DNA of 64,000 nt from Eledone cirrhosa. Its lineage: Eukaryota. The notes beneath the pieces were generated by a model, which saw nothing but the letters and a program-made list of their open reading frames with translations, did not search any database and was not told the origin of the DNA. Both the position numbers and the translations under genes were made by a program. The stretch lies in assembly GCA_964016885.1 (NCBI GenBank), contig OZ024741.1, positions 268,336,001-268,400,000 on the forward strand, given 5' to 3'. Positions 24,860 through 34,974 of the stretch are shown here, one piece after another; position 1 is the stretch's first letter, and the number at the start of each line of letters is the position of its first letter.

Positions 24860-25262
24860 CGAAGGCAATCCCAAAAGTAAGGTCTCCTTCCGATATTGCA
24901 ACTTCCGATATTGCAACTTTTCTGTTAAAATCCTGTGGATGGTACTTCGGGAAATCTCAGGAACCAAATGCAGAGAGCATCCAGAGTGATCCGCTGATCT
25001 TTGCGCATGTTTTCTTCGGAAGGAGCCCTTACTTTTGGGATTGCCCTCGTATATAATAACTGCGCGAAATTCGCACTAGGTGGTAGCGTTCAACGGGAGC
25101 TCCATTCTCAACGGCTGCCAAGCCAAGATTGAGCATCCCAGCGTGCGCATGCTTGTTTGGGAGTGAAGGGAGCATCAATCACAACAGTTTTGCCAACAGC
25201 TGTACGAACAATTTCTCTGCGTCCCCATCGCTTTGGAGACCTTACTTTTGGGATTACCCTCA
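24860..25262 (-). mobile_element. mariner-family remnants with three TIRs
   Basis: TA|CGAAGGCAATCCCAAAAGTAAGG TIR at 24860; inverted copies ending at 25049 and 25262; ISRSTIHRILTEKLQYRK transposase fragment. Confidence 0.8.
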
Positions 25263-25555
25263 TATATATACATGTACCGCACGGTTAAACCACTGGGAGT
25301 GAAGGACCCCTAGCCTTTGTCAGGGCATTCTTCTAGGAGAAGGCAACTCAGGAAACTGGGATAACTCCGATATAAAACCTGCGGCTCAGTAGTTACTGAT
25401 GATGTTGATCTTTTCTTCTTTTCGGGTTATAGCTATGTCGCTCAGAGAGTGGGATTGGCTCAGTGCACAGTCTTTCCCCACTTTAAAAAATATCTTCATG
25501 CACAGGCTTAATTAATAATTATTAATAATGGTACTCGATAACGAGGGGGCAGCCA

Positions 25556-25695
25556 TCATGTATGCATGTATGCATGCATGCATGCATAGATGTATGCATG
25601 TATGTATATATGTATGTATGCATGTATGTATGCATGAATGTATGCATGTATATATGTATGCATGTATGTATGCATGAATATATGCATGTATATAG
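25556..25695. repeat. (ATGC/ATGT)n microsatellite
   Basis: Direct reading. Confidence 0.85.
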
Positions 25696-25960
25696 GCATA
25701 CAATTTTGTTCTCTATTATGCCTGTGTATTAATGTCATGTGAGAAACAACTATTAATGTACCTAAAGTTACGGCTGTCGGCTGTGTAACTTCAACATATT
25801 AAGCGGCAGAATGAAAAAGAATTGTATGTGTGTTTTTCTGTGTGAGTGGTTTTTAGTGAATGTACCTTGTTAAAGTTTATTCAGTCATGGTTTGTATTTT
25901 TGTATGAATATAATGTGTTCTGTGTATTCTTCTATACATCCTTTTACATTTAATAGCTTA

Positions 25961-26328
25961 CTCTCAGGTTTTGAATAATCGTCCCCTCCCTTATTAATTT
26001 TTCAGATTTTTTCCAACCACCCCATTCTTATTCCAACCTCCCTGTTTATTAAATTTTGCTAATCTATCTCCGTCAAAATTTTATTGTAAGTGATTTAAAT
26101 TGATACAACAGCTGGAGAATCTAATAATTTTATTTTACATTAAAAAAACATTATATACGACAAAAATTACAAGAAACATTACAAGAAATCCCATATTTAC
26201 GAATGTACACTATACAATTACTTATTTCCCATCCCTCCGTTTATCCCCACGCCCCGCTTATAAGAATTGAAGCAAATGTCCAACCCCACTGTTTATTCCC
26301 CATCCCCCTATTATTTGGAACCTGAGAG
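25961..26328. mobile_element. TA-target MITE (Tc1/mariner-pogo-like)
   Basis: TA|CTCTCAGGTTTTGAATAAT...ATTATTTGGAACCTGAGAG|TA; subterminal CCCC..TTTATT repeats. Confidence 0.8.
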
Positions 26329-26934
26329 TATATTAAATTTTTGGCAAACAGGTGAAATAATTTTTTAGGATAAAAATTTGTCCTGATTTAAATTCATATG
26401 AGGTGTCATCATTAGGTTCATGAAGTCCTGCAATTAGGGCAACCAAACTTTTTGAATGGGTTTATGATGGGTAGTTTTTGATTATTTTGTACATTTTGTG
26501 TGCTTTTTTCAATCTTGGGTTTTGTCTTAATAGTGGAATGTTCTGGTGCATAATGCTGTATGCTTCTGTAATCCTTGGAGTGTGTGTTGTGATTAAAGGT
26601 AAGGAAATGTGTGTGTATAGGTGGAAAATTGGTAGAGTCATTAGAACGTCAGGCAGAATGCTTTCTCTGCTCTCTGAGTTCAAATCCTGCCGAGGTCAAC
26701 TTTGTCTTTCATCCTTTCGAGGTCGAAAGTCTGGTACTGGTGGTCGATTCTTCCTCTATATATCTTTTTCATTTCCTTTCTCTTACTTTCTATTTTTCTC
26801 TGGAAGAATTCTGTTGTACTTAGGCCTAGAGAGGGATGGGCTCTGCCAGGCTTAAAATGCCCCCCAAAACGCTGTATGTCAATAGGGTGTCGCTATGACT
26901 CTATCAGGAGTTAAGGGACCATACATACATACAA

Positions 26935-27540
26935 TGGGTGTATCTGAAGTGCTTTTTGTTTTTCATAGTACTTGAATATTCTATTGCTTTGATACAGTCT
27001 ATTCTAATATCTATTAACATTGATGAGTTCTGTCTTTCAAGTAGTATTACTTTTTACTCTTGGAATTTTTTATTCCAACTTTCATAATTTGAAATAATTG
27101 TGCAGACTCTTTTTGCTAGATCAAACGGAATATTTGTCTTTGTATGTTTTTGATGGCTTGAGATGAATAGCAAGTATTGTTTAGTCTGTTGGTTTATAGT
27201 GGATGTCAGTTTCAATGTTTGTGTTTTTTTTTTAATAATTAGAATATCGAAGAATGGTGGTTGATCCTGACTATATTCCATAGTGAAGTTAATATCATTG
27301 TTTCTGCTGTTAATTAGGGTTTTGAAATCATTGAGTTGATAAAAGGTTGCATCCATAGAATTAAGCAGTCATCTAAGTAACATTTCCAGTCATCTAGTAA
27401 ATATTTATGGAAGTCCAAGCTGTATTTTAATCTAGATTGTTCATATATCTAGACCTCAATATATGCCATGACTAAATCAACATAAGTTGGAGCTTCTTTT
27501 GTAACCATCATGGTCCCAGGTATTTGTTTGTAAATGTTTC
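26935..27540 (-). mobile_element. Penelope-like RT fragment (pseudogenised)
   Basis: YKQIPGTMM.TK.APTY, INFTMEYSQDQ.PFFDILI, QYLLFISSH.KHTKTNIPF.LAKRVCTI motifs. Confidence 0.8.
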
Positions 27541-27652
27541 CACTTCTAATTACCTCCCTTTCACTAATTGAATACGCACTGTATGCAAATGAGCATATCC
27601 AGCAGATGTTTCATTCGCAAAAGCCATATAGGTTTTAACCTATTTTGTCACA

Positions 27653-27725
27653 TTAGCAAGTGAGTAGATGTTTCTGATGATAGATGAATATCCAGAAATA
27701 GCTATCTGCTATTCTCACTGCTACT
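27653..27725 (+). ncRNA. Degenerate type I hammerhead ribozyme motif in a ~317-bp direct-repeat unit
   Basis: CTGATGA(27674)-TAGAT gaat ATCCA-GAAA-TAGCTA-TC(27706); palindromic stem III ATAGCTAT; weak stem I. Confidence 0.5.
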
Positions 27726-28147
27726 GAGTCACTGTGACATGATCACGGCTTTTATTTTTTAAATTCATAGTGAGACTCTTGTATATTTATTATACATAAA
27801 TATATCGTATACACTTTTATATACAGCCGTATGAAAAATAAAACGCTATGTTAGTGCCATTTCTAATTACATCCCTTTCACCAGTCAAATTCGCACTATA
27901 CACAACGACTATTTATTTGGTTGGAATTGAATCTATGAAGTTTGTATAAGTAATAGTGTGAACTGGTCTACATTTATCTCTCAATTTGGTTTAGTCTTAT
28001 TGATGAGTTATCTCCCCAGCTGTAGCTATCTTGTCAGTGAATGGTATGTTATCATCCCTTTGTTTTAACTTTATATTCAGATACATACACATATATATAT
28101 ATATACATACACACATATATACATATACATATTATATATATATATAT

Positions 28148-28665
28148 ATCATCATCATCATCCTCATCATCATCGTTTAACGTCTATCTTCCACGCTAGC
28201 ATGGGTTAGACGGGAATTGTCCCACTTGAAGCAAAATTAGTTGGGTGACCGTGTCTCACTCGAATAGGACTATCTGGGAGGTTTTCTACGGCTGGATGCC
28301 CTTCCTAACACCAACCACATTTACAGTGTGGACTGGGAGCTTTTTACCGTGTTACCTACACGGCCACATTACAGCGTGGACTTGTGTTTTTTTGTCACGA
28401 CACCTACACAACCTCATTAGTTTGGACTGGATGTTGTGGTACCAACATAATTTTACAGAGAAAGGGGTGGTGTTGGTGGGACTGGGAGGGTGGAGTAGGG
28501 GTAGTGGGATGGGGTGTATATTTGGTTAAGAGGTGCCTACTGACTGTAGGTTTCGCTTTGTACATAGGCAAGGCGGGTCTTCTGTATTACTGTGTGGTGC
28601 CAAAGATCTCAGTCCAGTGACATTGTCTTAGAGAGGTGCAAGTGTGTAAGGTCGGAATTTATCAA
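28148..28665 (-). mobile_element. RTE LINE 3' end (short, 5' truncated)
   Basis: Near-identical to 4458-4935 and to the reverse complement of 17120-17640. Confidence 0.88.
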
Positions 28666-28682
28666 ATATATATATATATATA

Positions 28683-29300
28683 TTTCCATGCTACCATGGG
28701 TTAGAGAAGTTGTCCCATCATGAGACAAGTCAGATCTCAGATGACCATGTCTTGTACATACCGAACTGCATGTACAAGACATGGTCTTGGTTTCTTTGGC
28801 TGGATACCCGTCTTAACTCCAACCACATTTATAGCGTGGACTGGGTGGTTTTTATTGTAGCACCAAATGATCACTTAACAGGATAGACTGGGTGCTTTTT
28901 GTCATGTCACCAACACGACTACTTTATAGGGTGGTCTGAGTGCTTTTTGTCGTATCACCAACATGACCACTTTACAAGGTTGACTGGGTGTTTTTGTCAC
29001 ATTATCAACATGACCACTTTATAGGGTAGATAGGGTGCTTTTTGCTGTGTTTCCAACCCAACCACTTCACTTCGCGCCTTCTGTCATGTCACCAAATACA
29101 ATAGGTTTCTATGCCTGTATGCCCTTCTTAACTCCAACCACATTTACAGTGTGAACTGGGTGCTTATTTGTTGTATCACCAACATGTCCACCTTATAGGT
29201 TGGATTGGGTGCTTATTTGTCATGTCACCAGCATGACCATCTTACAATGAGGACTAGGTGCTCTTTTGTCATGTCACCAGCATGAACACCTTACAGGATG
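28683..29300 (-). mobile_element. Old RTE 3' UTR with expanded ~42-bp repeats
   Basis: Repeated GGGTGCTTTTTGTCATGTCACCAACATGACCAC units. Confidence 0.7.
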
Positions 29301-29893
29301 GCCGAAGGGCTTTTAGTAATTTCAGCAACATTGTGGGAGAGCGTATCCAGCTTTGCATGTTTGCATGCATGGGTTGGGCAAGATGTGAAAAGTGTGGGGG
29401 TAGGCATGAATGTAGGGGGGATTGGAGAAGTAAGTCTAGGGTGGTGTACTTAGCTGCTGAAAGGTGGAGTGTTAAGTGATGGGAGGTGTATGGAAGGGGA
29501 GGCAGAGAAGTAGTGCACCCTAGAGACCACTAGTTAGCTTCATCCCATGCAAATGAGAAGGAGGCTCTTGTTGTTTAAAAATCTAAGTTAGTTGATCGCC
29601 AGTGCTGCATTTCTTTCTCTGCAATCAACAAACTATAGAGTAATTAAGCTTAAGCACTCCAAGTCAGTTGTAACCATCTAAGAACTAATATCATGAAGAC
29701 CAGTATTCAACGAAGTATTGGTATGTTAGTAAATACAAAGAGACAATTCTACATTACCATATTTTAGTTTATTAGATAATATCTGTCAGACAAATATTAC
29801 ATAAGTTTAACATGTCATCACACAAGAGTTAGTAATGTATGTGATATACAGACTATGGGAAATGAGATGTTGATTGTCCAAAATTCAATTAGC

Positions 29894-29924
<31 letters not shown>

Positions 29925-29932
29925 TGTATATA

Positions 29933-29963
<31 letters not shown>

Positions 29964-29971
29964 GTATATAT

Positions 29972-30022
<51 letters not shown>

Positions 30023-30143
30023 AATGTAATCTGAGTTTTTCGGATATTATTAATAATATTCAATTCGTTTGCATTTATGCAACAAACATGCCTCATTTTT
30101 AAAGTCATGTCAGTAGAATGAGCCCCTCATTCTTGCTCTTGTG

Positions 30144-30223
30144 TTGGCATGTAAACAGAACTGCAGACACTAATGTTTCTGGGTATTGCCCTTCATCAGT
30201 ACAGTTCACTGTTCACCTGCCAA
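30144..30223 (-). ncRNA. Type I hammerhead ribozyme (antisense copy)
   Basis: Exact reverse complement of 31088-31167; predicted cleavage after C at 30166. Confidence 0.75.
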
Positions 30224-30267
30224 TTGTCAGAGCTAGTGAAAATATATATTTTCTAAAATATACAGTG

Positions 30268-30530
30268 ACTGATCAGTCAGATCTACATATTAGCAGACTG
30301 GCTGATCAGTCAGATCTGCATATTAGCAGATTCACTGATCAGCCAGATCTGCATATCAGCAGATTCACTGATCAGTCAGATCTGCATATCAGCAGATTCA
30401 CTGATCAGTCAGATCTGCATATCAGCAGATTCACTGATCAGTCAGATCTGCATATCAGCAGATTCACTGATCAGTCAGATCTGCATATCAGCAGATTCAC
30501 TGATCAGCCAGATTTTCATATCAGCAGACA
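30268..30530. repeat. 33-bp tandem repeat TTCACTGATCAGTCAGATCTGCATATCAGCAGA (~8 copies)
   Basis: Direct reading; about 3 copies in the plus arm (30943-31040). Confidence 0.92.
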
Positions 30531-31087
30531 GGCCAGTCAGTTTCCTGTATACAAGCGATTAATGGCCGGCTTTGCCATATTCAAATAAAAAAAAAGAATT
30601 TCGCTCTACATGGCTGAGTACAATAATTGTAATCTGAGTTTTTCGAATATTAATAATATTTGATTTGTTTGCAATTATGCAGGGTAATACCCAGAAACAT
30701 TAGTGTCTGCAGTTCTGTTTACATGCCAACACAAGAGAAAAATGAGGGATTCATTCTACTGACATGGCTTTAAAAATGAGGCTTGTTTGCATAATTACAA
30801 ACAAATCGAATATTATTATTAATATTCGAAAAACTCAGATTACAATTATTGTACTCAGCCATGTAGAGTGAAATTTTTTTATTTTATTTGAATATCGGCA
30901 AAGGTGACCATTGATCGTTTGTATACAGGAAACTAACAGGCCAGTCTGCTGATATGCAAATCTGGCTGATCAGTGGATCTGCTAATATGCAGATTTGACT
31001 GATCAGCCAGTCTGCTAATATGCAAATCAGGCCAATCAGTCACTGTATATTTTAGAAAATATCATATATTTTCACTAGCTCTGACAG

Positions 31088-31167
31088 TTGGCAGGTGAAC
31101 AGTGAACTGTACTGATGAAGGGCAATACCCAGAAACATTAGTGTCTGCAGTTCTGTTTACATGCCAA
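31088..31167 (+). ncRNA. Type I hammerhead ribozyme
   Basis: Stem I GAACTGTA/TGCAGTTC extended by GTGAACA/TGTTTAC and TTGGCA/TGCCAA; core CTGATGA (31112-31118); stem II GGG-CAATA-CCC; GAAA; stem III ACA-TTAG-TGT; GTC triplet ending at 31145. Confidence 0.78.
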
Positions 31168-31361
31168 AACAAGAGCAAGAATGAGGGGCTCATTCTACTG
31201 ACATGGCTTTAAAAATGAGGGTTGTTTGCATAATTGCAAACAAATCGAATATTATTATTAATATTCGAAAAGCTCAGATTACATTTATTGTATTCAGCCA
31301 TATAGAGCAACATTTTTACATGTATATATATATATACATATATATCATCATCATCGTTTAA

Positions 31362-31582
31362 CCCTTTAGCATTTACATTACTCTATATTTACTAATATAT
31401 TTTCAAGACAAAGGCTTTATCTTACTTAAATATCTCACATAATATAGAATCTATGAGATTTTGATAGTATTTATTTTGAGAACAATACCTTAATATCAGT
31501 ATGAGCAGCTAGTTACACCCACTTTGAGCAGAAAGAGGTGAGAGAATTTTGGCCAGATATGGCCGGTTTAAATGCTAAAGGG
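31362..31582. mobile_element. piggyBac-like MITE family 1
   Basis: TTAA|CCCTTTAGCATTTA...TAAATGCTAAAGGG|TTAA. Confidence 0.85.
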
Positions 31583-31639
31583 TTAATGTCTATTTTCCAC
31601 GCTATCATGGGTTAGATGGGTTGTCCTGTTTGAGGCAGT

Positions 31640-32360
31640 GTGGACTGGATACTTTTTATCATGATATCTACATGACCACTTTACAGTGTGGGCTGGGTGT
31701 ATTTTGTTGTGACACCTACATGACCACTTTACAGTGTGGAATAGGAGCATTTTGTCGTGACACCTACACGACCACTTTACAGTGTGTGCTGCATGCTTTT
31801 TGTTGTGACACCTACATGACCACTTTACAGTGTGTGCTGCATGCTTTTTGTTGTGACACCTACATGACCACTTTACAGTGTGTGCTGCATGCTTTTTGTT
31901 GTGACACCTACATGACCACTTTACAGTGTGTGCTGCATGCTTTTTGTTGTGACACCTACACGACCACTTTACAGTGTGTGCTGCATGCTTTTTGTTGTGA
32001 CACCTACATAACCACTTTACAGTGTGTGCTGCATACTTTTTGTTGTGACACCTACACGACCACTTTACAGTGTGTGCTGGGTGCTTTTTGACATGACACC
32101 TACACAACCACTTTACAGTGTGTGCTGCATGCTTTTTGTTGTGACACCTACACGACCACTTTACAGTGTGTGCTGCATGCTTTTTGTTGTGACACCTACA
32201 CAACCACTTTACAGTGTGTGCTGGGTGCTTTTTGACATGACACCTACACAACCACTATACAGTGTGTGCTGCATGCTTTTTGACATGACACCTACACAAC
32301 CACTTTACAGTGTGTGCTGCATGCTTTTTGTTGTGATACCAATACAACAACTTTACAGTG
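31640..32360. repeat. 42-bp minisatellite (~17 copies) inside RTE 3' UTR
   Basis: GCATGCTTTTTGTTGTGACACCTACATGACCACTTTACAGTGTGTGCT-type units. Confidence 0.92.
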
Positions 32361-33509
32361 TAAGGGTGGTGTGATCAAATGTAGGTGGGGTGCTAGAGCA
32401 TGGGAGGTATATGGAAGGGAAGGAGAATAGTGGTTAAGAGGTGCATACTAGATGTATGCTTCAGTCCATGAGCATAGGAATGTGGGTCTTCTGTATTACT
32501 ACATAACACCAAAGATCTCAATCCTGTGTCATTGTCTTTGAGAGGGGCAATTGTGCAAGTTCACTTTTTAATCACCTCATCCCAAGTCTTCCATAACTTC
32601 TCTTACTCCATCAACTTTGATCGCCTTGCACCTTTTTATACAGCTGTCATCTTTCATATGCATCACATGGCCATACCATCGCAATACCCTCTCTTGATCC
32701 CTTTTATGCCCAGTTTCTCTCTCAGTTCATTTACGCTTTGCCATTCATGTATATTACTATTACAGATCCATTGGAGCATACAGACTTCATTTCTTTCCAA
32801 TTTTCACTGGTCCTCTGCACACAGTCCCCAGGTCTCACAACCATGCAACATTGCTGTTTGTATACATGCATTGTACAAGCTGCCCTTCAACCTGTTCTTA
32901 CTCTGGCTACTGTACTTTTGGAACAGCCTTCTCCACTGCTGATTTTGTCACCCAGGTAACAGAAAGTGTTTCTATAGAACCATCTGAGCAGTTGAAGGAA
33001 CTAGTATCCGGTGCGCACTTGCTACTTACTGCACCTGTGCATCGGCCACATATAAAACCTACGTACTTTGATAGTCTGCCTATGATCTCACTACTCCTTT
33101 TATGTACCCATAGCTTGCATTTGAGACATAGAATGGAATTTCTACCTACTCCTTTCCTATACACTGAGCAAGGCCATTTCCTTGAGGGGAATCTGGGCTC
33201 TGTTTTCCTTTCTACACACTAGAACTTTTAGTCTTTGACAAGTTAACTTTAAAACCTTTTGATTCTTTCTCTCTCTCTATATATATATACACACTGTAAA
33301 GTGGTTGTGTTGGTGTCACGATAAAAAGTACCCAGGCCACACTGCCTCAAATGGGACAACCCATCTAACCTATGCTAGCGTGAAAAATAAATATTAAATG
33401 ATGATGATGATGAACACTATGGCAGCACTTGTGTTTCAAGTTTCTGTGCCATATATGGTTATTGGCAGGATTAATGCCATGTAGAGTCGGACTTTTAGTC
33501 TTCTCGAAA

Positions 33510-34180
33510 TATTTCAAGATGACCATACTGTAGTTCTAAGGTGGCTGAATGATTGCGATGCCAAGGATATTCAGTGTAGGACATCTGACCTGCAGTCTGG
33601 TGCCATACTCCCAATAAACTCTGTCACTTTGGGAACGTTTAATTCTATATTGGGATCTGATGTCATTATTGCACATTTCTGGTAGTTAAGTTTCAATCCC
33701 TATTTTTGACACCTTTTTCAAGTTCAATTGTAGAAAGTTACTTCTCCGATACTGTGGGCATGTGGTTAAAATGTCTCAGGAAAGAATCGCTGGACAGATT
33801 TTACGGGCAAAACCAACTGGCAGGAGATCCAGGGGTAGGCCTTGAGCAAGATGGTTGGATAACATCCATGAGCTCAGCTGGTCTCGCTTGGAGATCCAGC
33901 TGAATCAGTTGGAGACTGTTGCTTCTGACAGGACCTGCTGGAAGGAGTGTTTGGGGTCTCTACCTCCATGACCCTCACAGGAATAAGTGGACGAAGAAGA
34001 GAAGAAGAAGGTACTTACAAGAGTAGTGTCATCTGCATATCTGATATCTTCTTTAAGTTGTACATTTTTGTCTAGCCTTTTGATTTCCTTCATCACAAAA
34101 TCAAGGTAAATATTGAAGAGACTTGGGGGCATTATACATCCTTGTCTAATGCCAACTTTCACTGGGAACCAAACATATTT
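33510..34180 (-). mobile_element. Degenerate non-LTR RT fragment with nested plus-strand RTE 3' fragment (~33765-34010)
   Basis: GIRQGCIMPPSLFNIYLD..IRYADDTTL on minus strand. Confidence 0.7.
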
Positions 34181-34245
34181 AGACACAATAAAATCATAAA
34201 AACATAAATTCATATAAACAAATCATTTTTCTTCTTATATATATA

Positions 34246-34850
34246 CTAGCCAAATTACCTGCACCTTGCCGCATTTCACACATTTTTTTTTTGTAAGAAA
34301 GTGATGATTGATTTTAAATCAGTGATATCATTTATGGAGAAAAAATAAAGGGAAAATGTTAAAAAAGTAGAGACATTAACTAATAATTTTTGTTGTCATA
34401 ATTCTAGTGATGTTTTGCCATAGATAAAATGTTTAAATTAGCCAAATTTTACTATAAAAGAGAGGTGCTTTTTTGTTGATTTATATTTAATTAAACCTCG
34501 TGATAATAGAGGTTCCAATACTCAAGTTATGGGCTTCCAAAATTTTCACTATAGGGGGTTTAACCCCCATTAGAGTGTCTTAATATCATTGAAGTTTGCT
34601 GAAATTTTGTGAATAGGCATCATATTTTGTCATTTACCTATGGTTTAAATTTCATATAAATCGAAGGGAAAACATTTTCAGCATGGGCAAGCGGAGGTTT
34701 GTGCCCCCGGGGAACCCTTTGATTAAAATGAAATATACTTATCCAAGTACCCTAGTTTCAGAATATATATGGTTATAGGGGTCTATCTCCAAAACCATAG
34801 GAGAAGTTCATGAACAAACAAACAAGCAGACAGGAACTACAACTTTATAT
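34246..34850 (-). mobile_element. Non-autonomous Helitron-like element
   Basis: Minus-strand 5' TATAAAGTTGTAGTT (compare TATAAAACTGTAGTT at 50485) and 3' ...GCTAG|T; inserted in (TA)n. Confidence 0.6.
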
Positions 34851-34974
34851 ATATATATATATAGATATTGTTATACTTTGGGAGGGTCATGCTGCCAATA
34901 AAAATACATGCACCTATTGCTTTTTACTTCAATTTATTACAAATTTCCAGTTGGTTGGTTTAATAACCGGAAGG

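Larger units (their letters stand above)
30022..31316. mobile_element. Retrozyme-like non-coding element: tandem 438-nt (+) and 603-nt (-) units in inverted arrangement, each with a hammerhead
   Basis: Plus arm 30681-31316 repeats with period 438; minus arm 30022-30680 repeats with period 603 (438 + 5x33-bp subrepeats); flanked by (TA)n/(CA)n. Confidence 0.8.
31345..33270 (-). mobile_element. RTE LINE 3' portion (PHD region to tail), degenerate, with MITE in its tail and expanded UTR minisatellite
   Basis: RKGVGRNSILCLKCKLWVHKR at ~33100-33165; (CAT)n tail at 31345 split by a TTAA MITE. Confidence 0.85.

Noticed and set aside
30118-30588. 156-aa repeat protein ORF
   Set aside because: Arises from the 33-bp repeat in one arm of the ribozyme unit; no splice or homology support seen
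31583-32374. Cys/His-rich repetitive ORFs (222, 156 and 116 aa) resembling zinc fingers
   Set aside because: Translations of a 42-bp minisatellite within a LINE 3' UTR
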